The translations under genes and the position numbers were made by a program. Shown piece after piece: positions 38,028-50,485 of a DNA stretch of 64,000 bases. Position 1 is the first letter of the stretch; every line of letters starts with the position of its first letter. Source of the stretch: Nymphaea colorata (taxonomy: Eukaryota); contig NC_045138.2 of assembly GCF_008831285.2 (NCBI RefSeq), forward strand, positions 4,650,001 to 4,714,000, in the 5' to 3' direction. The notes beneath the pieces are model-generated. The model ran no database searches, was not told the DNA's origin, and was given only the letters and a program-made list of their open reading frames with translations.

Positions 38028-41000
38028 TGTTATCACCCCAAATTTTTCAAAAAAGTCGCTATTAAAATTTTAGGTCTATTCGATCTAAAATGAATTTTAA
38101 ACCCAAGTTTAGATCCAAATCAAGTATTTCAAACCCAAAATTCAAAATCAAATTCAAAATGATAAAATTTGAGTGTCGTGTGTGCGCGGACCCTCCCTTG
38201 ATTTTAAGGTCTCAACCAAGTCACCCGCTCGAACGAGTTGACAACCGACTGAACCAAAATCGGACTTGAAGCAAGTTCAGGGTCCCTGAAAACGAAGTTG
38301 GCCACCCATTTTCAACAAAGAAACCATTTTTACATTTTAAATAAAAAATACATATTTATAATTTCTATACAAATAGCATTTTTATAATATTAGATTTTAT
38401 TTGATTTGATTTAAAGTTTAAAAAAAAAAAGAAAAAATGAATAAAAAAGCTCACACATGCAAGCGCTATGCGCGCTCACTCATTAGTATGCCACACACGA
38501 TGTTTTTGGGACATTTTGAGTGGGCATTAGCCCTCTCTACAACTCAAAAATGAATTTTCAGGCCTAATGGCCAATCATACCCATTTTCAAACCATTTCTT
38601 TTTCAAAATAATTCAAAATTCGTATGAAAATAATATCAAATTCAAAAAATTTGAATTTTAAGTTTTGGCTCCCAAAACTCTCCATAAATTCTCTCATTTT
38701 CCCCTCTTGAGAGAGGGATGAGTCCTTGGGGAGACTCTAGCAAATTTTCACTTGAGGAATTAGAAATTTTAGTCATCTTCCTTCATTTCCCTCTTCCTCT
38801 TTCATTCTCACTCCCTCTCTCCTTCTCCAACACTTGAGATCAAGCTTCATCAAGTTAGAACTCTCTTGGAGGCCACAACTTCACCATTTTGGAACTTCAA
38901 CTCAAGGAAGTTTAGGACCATTTCATGCTAAGGTGTTCATCTTCCCTAAATCATTGTCACTAGAGGTATGCAATTAATATCTCACCTCTTTCTTTCTTCA
39001 TTTTCTTTTCATCTTTATCTCCTCATGGCCAAAGGAGATAACACTCGATCTCTATTTTAGAGACAAGAGGCTATGCTCGAGTACACCAGGAGCATGAAAA
39101 GATGAGATGATCTTTCATTTCATGATTGAATCATGTTTTCTCTTTTATTGAATATAGCATTGTTTTGGTTTCTTCATTTTCTCTCTTCTTCATCTCCCCA
39201 TAGCTGTACGAGATAGTCTTCTAACTTTTATTTAAGAGTTAAGAAGTTATGCTCAAGTGCATTGAGAGCATGAGAAGATGAGACGATAGTTCATTTTATG
39301 ATTAAATCATGCTCTTTCTTTTCATGAAAACATTCTTGTTATTCTTTTGCTTCCTCCTATTTTTCTCTCTTCTTCCTCTCCCCTTGGTCGTATGAGGTAG
39401 CCCTTAATCTCTATTTTAGAGTCAAAAGGCTATGCTCGAGTGCACCGAAAGCATGAGAAGACGAGATGACCTTTCATTTTCATGCTTGAATCATGTTATT
39501 TTATTTATTTAAAATAGCCTTGTTTTCCTTCCCCCTTTCTCTCTTCCTCATTTCCCCACGGCCAAAGGAGAAAGCTCTCAATCTCTATTTTAGAGTCAAG
39601 AGGTTATGCTCTAGTGCACCACGAGCATGGGAAGATGAGATGATTTATTATTTCATAGTTACATCATGCCCTCCCTCCGAAGGTGAATTTTTCTCTCTCT
39701 ATCTCTCTTTCTTTCAATATTGCCTACATAATATCCATGCATAATTGCTTGGTTTTCCATTTATATGTGAATGTATGGAAAGAATGAGAGTGTGGTTTGG
39801 GGTTCTTTATTTTCATATTAATTTTTGAGGTTGGGGAATGTCCAACCCAAGAAAAATCCTCACGAAAATATACATGTTAATATGCATTTGCATGTCATTT
39901 TACGCTAGTTTCTTTCCTAATCACCCAATTAAGAATCCTAATGAGTGTTTCGTTATATTGCTTGTTTTTCTTCCATACCCAACGGTGGGAGAAATATATT
40001 CCTTGTGACAAACCAAATAATAACATTCAATGTTTATATAAATCATATTTTCCAAAACATTTTCAAAGGAAACCTTCTAATGCGGCCTTAGACACTTAAC
40101 TTAAACTCTTGCATGAGTCCAAGCTCCCCTCCGGCCCACATCAAACTCGAAGTCGGTAATTTTAAGTTATTTCTTGATTTCTAATCTTGTGAATGCACGT
40201 TTGTATATACATGTTACATACATATATGTGCCCATGATGATCTCCCTCATCTTCCTCTCTCTCTCTATGCTTTCACTATCCATTTTACAAATTTTGCATG
40301 TACATGAATGCGTATGTACATACGCTCTATTTCCTCTTTTTTAAATATTTTATTCCTCTTTACAAGACAAATATCTTCCCATACAAAATTTTTTATACAT
40401 ACCCATATATATGTATCTATGTTTTTCTTTCCCTCTCAAACCTTTCTTTCTCTTCAAATACCTCTTTTTCTCCTAAACTTTCATATGTGTGTATGTGTGA
40501 TGATATGTACACGTATATGCATGTATTTCTCAATCTCTATCTCTTTCTTTTTGTGACAGTGTTTTATCTCTTGTATTTTTTTTTAACATTTTCCTTTCAT
40601 GATGTTTTTATTTACCGACTTCACTAAGACCACAAACCAAGTAATGACTCAATATTGGAATCATGCTTGATGATCTACAACCTCAATCTATTTTTAAAAA
40701 CTTTTCATTCTTATATAGAATAATTATGAAAACAAGAATCCTAGATGTATGTTATGGTAGGAATGCATTTAGATGAATGTCATGGTAGGAATGCCTTATT
40801 ATCTTTTAATTATGTAGGATCAACATATTCATGCATTCACATTCACTTAATATCACAAATGAGTACAATCACATTTCTAAAAGAGCTTAAGCAAGATGAG
40901 ATGAAACTCTAATTAGGTGGTAACCGAATCAGAGCAAAAACCTACTTAAGTCTTAAGAGAACACTAAAATGATTTCAAAATGATTTTTCAAGCTTTTCAA

Positions 41001-41287
41001 ATGATATTCATAAGGATTTCCTTCTAGTTTTCTCCAAAATATTTCATATTCTCAAGTAACTTTTCAAGAATCTTTTCAAAAGTTTGAAACAACAAACTTT
41101 CAATATTTTTTTACACCGCATATAGAATCAATGATAAACATATCCCTTGGGTTGATTACCCCCGGTAAAGGCACCGGGAACAGTCGATCCTCGTACCAAC
41201 GGGCGAGTCCATTTCTTTCCTATTTCAAAACAAAACCTCTTTTTTTTTTAAGCACTCCAAAACCAATAAAATTTTGGGATGCAAACA
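38028..41287. mobile_element. Solo LTR (~3.26 kb), same family as 5748-8760
   Basis: Same termini TGTTATCACCCC...GGGATGCAAACA; TSD GATAT/GATTT. Confidence 0.85.
39010..39665. repeat. Tandem array of ~4 units of ~178 bp inside a solo LTR
   Basis: The ATGCTC(G/A/T)AGT anchor occurs at 39073, 39249, 39432 and 39606 (periods 176, 183, 174). Confidence 0.85.
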
Positions 41288-41394
41288 GATTTAAAGAGAG
41301 ATAGTATAAAGCATGTGCAGCATTAGAGTGCTGCATACAGAAAATAGCCACAAATTCAACAAACGATAAAGTCATCTATCCCAATGTTTTATAC

Positions 41395-41515
41395 CTCCAT
41401 TTCATGTATAGGCTGATTGCAATAATAACAGCAAAAACATTCTAGATGCCAAAGCGCACCCATGCAATTTAAGAAGCGGTGATGACCTATTTCATTGTTG
41501 CAACCAGCACATAAC
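41395..41515 (-). pseudogene. Orphan LIM-domain exon of DA1/DAR family
   Basis: A 121-bp exon bounded by tacAG and GTat. It encodes LCAGCNNEIGHHRFLNCMGALWHLECFCCYYCNQPIHEME, like the DA1 sequence ICAGCN.EIGHGRFLNC...WHPECFRC..C.QPI.E.E. Confidence 0.85.
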
Positions 41516-44500
41516 CTGTAAAGAGGGACACAGAGATGTCTAAAATGTGGCATTGTCATGGAATACAGATTCCACATCAGTGATGAGTACATATGCATAT
41601 GATTGATTGGAGTAAATGGATATAGCAGCACTGAATGTTCACATTGCAATGCTATTCTAAGAATCAAGATAAAAACAGGTCCACAGCAAAAACAGAGAAT
41701 AGCTCGTGCTAGCAGGAACAAAGGATAGAATTACCACATTTAGAGGAGACGGAATCTTCTCACAAAGATGACATAGTGGAAAATGAAAGAAGTCGGCAAA
41801 GAAGCTTCTCTAGGGAATCAATGGTGAGGACTTAGAGAGATACAGAGCGAGAGAAGTTGGGAATTTAATAAAAATACAAAATAAACTTATCATCATCTCT
41901 GGAAGATTGATAGGATGATTTGTGCCTCCTCTTCTTGCCGACCTTCTCGTTCTGCTTCGTCAGACTACATAAGAGAACTAGAAAATAAGAGATGGAGGAT
42001 TTTCAGAGCGGAATGAAGATCTTTGTCAGACTGATGAGAATGCCGCTTCAATCTCTTCCTCCTATGAGGCAGTAGGGGAGGATGAAGCGTCGAAGAGAAG
42101 ATAAGCAGAGCCCAACGTGCGATGAGTTTATGCCCTAACGGGCAAAAAAAAATTTCTGTAAACATTTCTCTCTCGCGGTGGAAAGATGTTTCCGGAAACG
42201 CCTTCAACGGTTAAAAATATATTTCTGCATTTGATAAACCAGAAATATTTAAAAGAATTAAAATATATTGCCTCAGCTACAGGAAATTTCCAGCCCATCT
42301 CAGATTCATGAATTTAAGGACAGATCTCATCACATTCAACCTCTAATCCGATGTTTTTGCCATAAGTTCCTAGGAAACAAATCCTCTTTTTTCACATAGT
42401 AGTAAAATCCAGTGTTTGTTTCCACTATGCATCCCACGTAAAAGGGATCATAGCCAGATCAGCTTTGGAATTGAAATCTGAGGTTAATTGTCAAACACAC
42501 TCTTAGTATCTGAAGATGAAACGCGTAAACCAAAGGAACTAGGTGCTAGATATGTACAAAATATCAAACCATGCATGTGTGGAGGTTGGCATCCCCTGTA
42601 CACTTGGACAGATTTTGGGTTTAGATTTTGGGCTTGGCTCGGGGCAATGGACTGTTGGCTGCTTTATATGTTTGTGAATTTTATATGTGTCGCTTCCCTT
42701 AAAATAGCGGTTTATGCCGTGTGTGAATTTCTATTCCATAAATGGATCCTTCTCCCACTGATTTAAATCAACAATTATGAATATATGATGCAATTCTCAA
42801 ATTTTTTAAATAAATAATTTTAAATCCTTGTTAGTAATCAAATATCTATGTTTGAAATTTAAAATTTCAAATATGATCTCTTGGACTTTTCAAGTATGTC
42901 TTGGAGATAAAAATGGAGAGTGTTATGCAAATGATTTAACGTTATAAAAAAAATCTTTTGAATAAAAGAAACATTATTATTGTTAAATATAATGTGGCGA
43001 CTTATAAGAGAACAACATCTATAAAAGCAAAGATGTAATAAAAATAATAATAACATTGTTATCAACGAGCGTGATCATCCACCTTAATTTGCAAAAAAAA
43101 TCAAGTTACTTAACCTTATTGTAAACTGAGAGTATAAATATCAAATCTAACAATATTGATGTTACTCAAAGCAACTAACATTTTTGCTCAACAATAGAAA
43201 TGTTATTATTGTTGATGATAGTTTTGCAACCTATAAGGAAATGATATCTATAAAAATAAAGAAACCAACAAATATAATAATTACATCACTATCAACAAAA
43301 AAATTTGGCGACGCACAGTTGTAATAAAAATCAAAGATATGCCTAGAGATTATTGAAAACAGAGAGTATAAATATCAAATCAAACACAATGATCCTTAAG
43401 GCCAATAGTGGCCTTCCTTGGTAGAAAACCATGTTAAATCTCTTGCTTTCATTACAAGACCTCTCCCAACTTTTCTTCAGGCAGTCCTACTTAGAGTAAA
43501 GGACCCTTCTCTCTCTCTCTTGGCTATCCAACCAGATGATTACCTCCAAACCGGGTTATCCTTTCTTCTTTTTTTTATAGTGGCGGTCCAGGAGTTGCGC
43601 ATCTAGTAGTTTATAAGGGCGTCGTAATCATCGATACCAGAGGTATTCCTGTTCTGAGATATTGTGCACCGCTTGTTGTTTGAATTGCATCATTATAGTT
43701 CTTTGAAGAACTGGATTATTTCTTGTGGGTATCATCTTGCATTAGCATTTAATTATCAAGTACTTAAATGTGATTTTTTTTCTTGATAAACATAGCCTGC
43801 CTTATTACAAGTAATTAAAAAAATCAACAAAATCGTTTCAACCTTAGTCATGTTAACCTTTTATTGTATTTTTTCCCCTTCTTCTTTAAGGTAGGGAGGA
43901 CAATCTCCTAGCAGCTTGCATGTAGAAGGATGATTGAGAGAAAAATAAGAAGAAAGATGTATGAACTAATAGTATATTACCAAAATACTTATCATCCTTT
44001 TTCTTAATCATCCATCATGATGACTCTAGTTTCTAGAGTCACCATGGCAAATGAAACTGTTTAGAGTTCAATGGCAGTCGTTATACTATGCATTTGCAAA
44101 TCTTTCTCTTTCTTTTTCCTTGTTAAGCACACGAGTACTGCATATGCTGAGAGGGAGGAGCATATGCGATGCTGTTGGATTTGGTTGCACAGCAGATGTT
44201 CTCTTCATATATACTTCTGTTTCTAAAACTTTTAGTTGATGGATATATCCTTAGAGGTCACATTTTCAACAGATAATACAGCAACTTCAAGTCGATCCTT
44301 ACAAAATTATGAGAGCCTCACCGACCCAAGGCAAGATTTAGTCATTAAATAATGCTTCAATTTTTGTATGCCTCCTTAACCTTAAAACATCTAGATGGTA
44401 TGTGTTAGCTTGACATTCAGGTGAAGTTGAAAATGATCCTGATCTGGTTTAGTGCTTTTGTCCATGAATAGTGCACTAGGTTCGATTCTGGGCTTTTTTT

Positions 44501-47500
44501 GGATCGGACTGACTCAGATACATTTGCAACCAAAGTTTCAGGTGCTTTAGTTGGTTGAATCCTTTTATTTTTCATATGTTCTGATTCATGGGGATACCAA
44601 ATTCAAACTTTCTTTCACGTAGCACCATCAATGTACTTTAAATAGATCTCTTTTTTTGGATTTTTTCTTTACCAAAAAGTTAGTTTTGATTGGGTGAAGC
44701 ATAGTTAGTTGAACCAGCGAACAGATGAAAATCTAGTTGCCAATTCAATCCCATGGATGCTACTCATCTGAATTGCAAACAGTAAATGTAGATATTTTAG
44801 TTGATATTTCACTCCAAGTTCAATGCTGCCGTGTGCCAAATGTTAAAATTTAAGAATTTATTGTTAAAAAATAATTATCAGATATGTATTACCCATGATT
44901 TATGATGCAGTGACCGTTTATAGTGACTTTAATGATGATTTATTTTAAATTTTATCCATCCGGCAGGCATACAACCACCTCCAACACCGGTCTACTTCCA
45001 AGGGTCCATTGTGATTGTGGTCTACACTGTGCCTTGCAACTTGTTTGCGTGGATCGTGAAGCGCTAGTCTCACGCCTGTACTATAAACATTCTGTTCCTA
45101 CTCTTATGTGTTAACCTAGACATATACCAGGACACCAGCTTGAACATGGTAATCATTGTGCCCATGCGAGAGCCGAAGCTAACATAGACCCCCCTGCGAG
45201 AGCCGAACCTAACATAGGCCTCGGGGCATGGCAGTCGTGGAGCTAATAAGCATCAACCAGTGCATTGTGAGCATAAAATTCTCTGAAACACCTTTCTTTT
45301 CTTGAAACAAGTTTTAACAAGGTCCTCGTATGCTAATAAGCCACATTCCAGGCTGCTTATGTAATAAAAACTACGTTTATTGAGAACACTGAGAATCAAA
45401 AGTGGTCGTTTGGCAGCAGCAACACACTGTTACTGTTACTATCTCATAAATATATTCCAAAGTCTCGTAAATATATTCCAAAAAATAAGATAGATTCATA
45501 AAACAAATAAGTGTTTCATAAATTGGCTCCATTATTTAGGACACGTTGATGAGATAGTAATAATATGTTTGTATTGCCAAATGGCTTCAAATTCACATGG
45601 TTAAATGCAAAATGGCTACCTCGATCATGTAATGCATGGCTACATCCCTTCCATTTGCTTCGGCATCCTGCAGAACAAATTCACATCACAATATAAAAAT
45701 AAAGCTGATTGGGGCTTATTAGATGCTGCAAGTGCAAAAGAATAATTGCCATATTAAACGCAAAATATTTACCTTAATAAGACTATAAATTGTGGGATCA
45801 GGTCCGGCCCCTGTTTCTTTTTCTCGTATTGAAATTTCATGTAGAATTTCTGCAAACAGACAGTCAGAAACATGGGCAGTGAACAATTTTGCTTCTCTTT
45901 CAAACTTATACAAGGAATGAAAGTTATCCTACAGCGAGAGGAGATGCGCCATATGGCTTTCCTTTTCTTTGAGAGAAGCCTTTCTCCAGTACATACGTAA
46001 CCTCCTTCAGCCGCATCTCAGATGATTCCAACCTATAGACATTCGCCAAGAAAGTTCTTAAAAAATGAATGCCAAGAGGGTCAACCAGATGCATCGCTCG
46101 TGAATATGGATCTAAATCCCTGGTGAAAATTTGCCGCCCTAACATTTGCAAAGGTCATGACTTTTCCACCTTTGAATGGAGAATGAATGGTGGAATCTCA
46201 CGGATGTGAAAGACAGACTGCCAATTGGATCATGCCAAGAGATACTCGAGGATTTTTTATGAAAAATTCTCATGAATAAATCACCACCACCAATCTTTCC
46301 TTGGATGATTCCACCGAAGTTTATGTTGAAGTGCACTTATTGTTTCTGCCTTGATGCATTAAAGCTCCCCAAATGTACATCTTATCCCGTAAATGCTGGC
46401 TTCTAAAGAGATTGGCCTTGGAAGAAAAATCTGCTTCCTTCCTTTTTCCATTGGCAATGAATTGTTATTGAGTCAATTCATAATTTCAATCTTGCTCTTT
46501 TATACATACATAAAATCCATGTTGACTATCTTCCTTATCTTAAAGAAAAAGCTCGTATCTTAACTCTACAATGCCAGGTTGCCTGGAGAGATCTGGGCTT
46601 CTTTGGCAGGATCCGTTTATAAACGGAGCGAAGATAAAGGGATATTAAAAGCAGCTCAGAATTAAATCTATGCGTCTTTAGTCAACCATAGACGTGAAGT
46701 CTTTATTGAGTAGTTTAAAAACTCGTTTTTTTCCAACTATCTTTCTCAACGGAGCAAAGAAGATGGGATGTACAATCAATGACTTGATAATTTTATATCA
46801 TAAACTTGTAATTTCCACATACGCAAATTCTGGAAGTCCGACACAGAAAAAGGTGAAGAGAAGGTCAATATGAATTTTATATCAGCCTGTCACATGAATT
46901 TTGAAATCCTATTTCCAAAACTAAAATTTTAAAACCTAACCTTATGTCCTCCTCCACGTCAACGAGGCGCTTGGGAAACAGCCATATATTTTTCACCTCC
47001 AAGATGGACCTATGTCTATTTGGGATGCCAAGCATGAATATACAAGCAGTTTATGTCATGCACACATGCACTCACTCCATGAATGCACCCACTCATATTC
47101 ACCAAAATCTATGTGAATCAAGTAGGAGTTGCTCCCATGATCAAGTCATATTGTATGCACCCACTCATATTTACTAAAATCTAAGTGAATCAAGTAGGAG
47201 TTGCTCCCATGATCAAGTCATATCATGTGATCACCTTGCTGCAAGTATGACATTATAATAACGTGTTCATCTTCATGTTGATGTCAGTAACAACTGACAA
47301 TTCTTCACTGTTAAAATTGCCAAGTTCCTCTAGAAAAGTTTTCTGTGTCTATTGACTCGAGGGTGGTTTATTCAAGTTCCTGTGTAAAGGCTAAAAAGGA
47401 AGAATGCAGAGGCCTTACTGCCAGTAACCCAGAAAACCCAACGTGGAGAGGAAGGAAGAAGAAGAAGGAAATAAACACCCCAGTCGGTAACATAAGAGCA

Positions 47501-48906
47501 GGAAAATGGGCAGGCAGGAAAAAAAAAAGAGTACAACAAAAAGAATGGAAGCATATCACCATTCACAGTAGAACAAGTTGTTGTATACCTGCAGGGAAGT
47601 CGAGTGGGACGTCTTTCTTCCTAGGACCTCAAGAACCGCAGGGGAGAAGAAGCAAACGACTTCAGATGGAGAGCAAAGAGACAGTGAGGTTGAAGAGGGA
47701 GATGGGGGAAAAAAGGCAACCTTACCAACAAAGTGGGGATCTTCCGCTTCTTTCCAGACGAAGACGCAGGGGATGGGGAGCTTTGATTGTCTGCTTCAGG
47801 AGGCAGCGACGGATGCCTTCTACTTAGAGCAAGAGGCAGCGATGGACAGGAAGAGGCAGCGACGGAGAGCAGTTTGATTGCAGACGGAGAGAAGGAGACG
47901 TCAATGCTTCAGGCAGCTTCGGCAAAGAAGAAGACACAGGGATGAAGAGCAAAAGGCAGCGAAAGAGAAGCAGTGCAAAGGATGAAGAGGAATACGGAGG
48001 CCTTCGATGGAGAGTAGGAGAACAAGAGACAGCGACGGAGAAAAAGGGAGCTTCGGAGAAGAAGGGACCTGGAGAAGGGGGCTTCAGGGGAGCTGCTGGA
48101 GCCTGGATCGCTCTGGACTGCAGTTGAAGTAATGAACAAGTAAGATCAGACACTTGTCAATTCGTGTGAACTTGTGACAAAAAGATGTTCAAAAATTTTC
48201 TTTTTAGGTTATATACAAGCAAGAAAACACCTTACCATGAGATGCAAGGATGGCAGTGACAACAAAGTCGAAATGACTTGGTGGCAACCTGCCTAAAAAG
48301 GCATACCATAACTAGTCATTTTAGAGAGGCACACAAAAAGACAAGTCTTTATTTTGATTTTTAAGGATATTATGTTTCTGCGTTTTAAGTAATAGAATAA
48401 TGTATCTAAGTTAAGTCTCTCTCTCTCTTTTGTTTTCTGGAGTGAGTGGGGTTTCACTTATTGCTTCAAGGCCGAAGCTCCCATCCATCCCCACATCAAC
48501 TAAAATACATGGTCTACGTCAGTGCCCTCAGATATCCCTCTATTAAATCAAATTACTCAAAGGTGTCATTCTCATGAGGTCATGCCACTGCTTATCCAGT
48601 ATGATACCATAATCACCACTCTTCCTCTCATCTGCAGTAGATAAATTCAAATTATGATTCGTGTAGCCACCCCAATTTTTTCAAGTCTTTTTTACAGCAC
48701 ATTTCAAGTATTCTTCGTCCCCAAACACTTCAATTTATCCTAATTCCGATCAATTTATTCTTTAATTTGATTATCAACCGTCGTTGGGACTTATTTGGAT
48801 TAAATTTCGGACTTAGAATGACAAAGCCCAATCTCAATTTACTCTTATTTCATAATTCAATCTTGGATCCAGTCCAACAACTTATACAAAAGCCTAAACA
48901 AATCCT

Positions 48907-49360
48907 TAGATCTAAATCTGGATCGAAATCCTAGCTCCATGTCCAAAACAGAACCCTAGATCAAAATCAGGATCCAAATCCCTGCTCCATATCTAAAACA
49001 GATCCCTAGATCCACATTCAGATCCAAATAGCAGCTCTATATTCAAAACAGCTCCTTAGATCAATATCCAGATCCAAATATCTGCTTCAAATCAAACAGG
49101 TCCGAAAATCTAGATTCAGATACAAATTGCAGCGCAAGATCCAAAAAAATTCTTTGATCCATATTCAGATCTAAATTACAGCTCTAGATCCAAAACAGAT
49201 CCTTAGATCCATATCTAAATATCAATTACAGTTATAGATCCAAAACAGATCCATATCCAGATATAAATTTCAGCTCCGTATAAAAAAATAGATCCCAAAT
49301 CTAAATCCATATCCAAATTACAGCTCCATATCCAAAATAGATCCTTAGATACACATCCAA
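48907..49360. repeat. ~50-bp GATC-rich minisatellite (~9 degenerate units)
   Basis: Units like TAGATCCAxATxCAGATCCAAATxxCAGCTCxATATCCAAAACAGATCC. Related GGATCT-rich DNA on the opposite strand lies at 29330-29770 and 480-600. Confidence 0.8.
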
Positions 49361-50485
49361 ATCCAACTACTATTATGGATAAAAAAAGGGTCAATATCCA
49401 ATTCGTAATTCTAAAACCAGATCCAAGGGATAATTTTAGATCCAGGCCTAGATCCAAATCTCAATTCTAGACTCATTAGATTCCAATTTGTGCCGTCCAT
49501 ACAAGTTAGATCGGATGCATATTCAAGATCCAAAATCTAGATGCAAATCCTTATTCCGTTCCAAAATTCTTAATTTAGATCCAATTCCATGTTTCTGCTT
49601 CAATCCAGATTTAAATATGAACTTAGATCCAAATCCGTGATTTTAGATCCAAATTTGAGATTCCAATTCAAATATATTGTTATGGATCCATTGTAATCTT
49701 TTGATCCAGATCCATCTCCAAATCTGAAACATGGATACATTTTCAAATCACAATCCATATTGGAGATCTAATTATATTTTTATCAATTGTTTTATATTTT
49801 ATAAATCCAAATCCACTCTTCCTCTCATCTGGTGTAGATAAATTCAGATTATGAAGAGCTAGCTGCATGGCATGTTTCTATAGCGGGTAATAGTGGCACT
49901 TTTCTCAAAGTATCAAAATTTTATCTTCGATGGAGAACTATATACATGAGAAGTGTTGTTAGATTTGAAGGTGGCACGATCCAATTCAGATGGAACTTCT
50001 AGGCCGTCTCAGTGTTTAATTCGATTTCGTTCTCTTTTAACTCTAGTGCTCAACGGGTTTCAAAGATTCCGAATAAGAAGATGCCATCTCTTCTCAAATG
50101 TTGAAACGAAATTAAAATTTTCTTTGTCCCTTCATTTTTGTGAACTTCATTTTTCTGCCGTTTGTTTTTCTCCTCTTTTTCTATACTCCCCAACGATTTC
50201 ATTTTCTGTCGCTCGTAAAAGTAATAAACAGGAAATCTCTTTAATGTAGTCTGCCACTTTAATCTCTTCATCCCAACTGTTGTTCCTTTGCAATTTTTTC
50301 CTCCTCTTGCTGCTCTTCCTATGTTAAGGGTTGACTTTTTAAAAAATTTATGTACGTTCAACTAAAATTTTAAATTTACAAGTAAAATTTTGATTAAAAA
50401 TATGAGGGTTGGCCCATGAATACTGCCTTCTTCCTTAGTTATATCAACACAATCCGATGGCGTGTGGTTCAGCCTACCATGTTTA

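Larger units (their letters stand above)
37799..42299. mobile_element. PIF/Harbinger(Tourist)-type non-autonomous element carrying a DA1 LIM exon, with a nested solo LTR
   Basis: Left end TTA|GGGCCCGTTTGATGGCCTGAAAAT; right end ATTTCCAGCCCATC (TIR truncated). There is an exact 17-bp subterminal inverted pair at 37910-37926 / 42213-42229. The element is absent from the paralogous site at ~24180-24220. Confidence 0.65.
34281..45112 (+). repeat. Segmental duplication copy B (with 4.5-kb insertion 37799-42299)
   Basis: Aligns with 20837-24180 and 24217-26994. It lacks ~220 bp of A (~24585-24805) and has ~290 bp extra (~43740-44028). Confidence 0.92.

Noticed and set aside
45924..46440. Coding-like composition and short ORFs
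   Set aside because: No recognisable family motif in any frame; possibly a decayed gene or LINE fragment, but unsupported.
47345..48153. Overlapping 100-160 aa ORFs in purine-rich DNA with GAGGCAGCGACGG repeats
   Set aside because: Low-complexity, stop-poor sequence with no homology recognised.
48907..49360. Regularly spaced repeats considered as CRISPR-like
   Set aside because: Whole units are degenerate copies with no unique spacers, and the context is a eukaryotic repeat.
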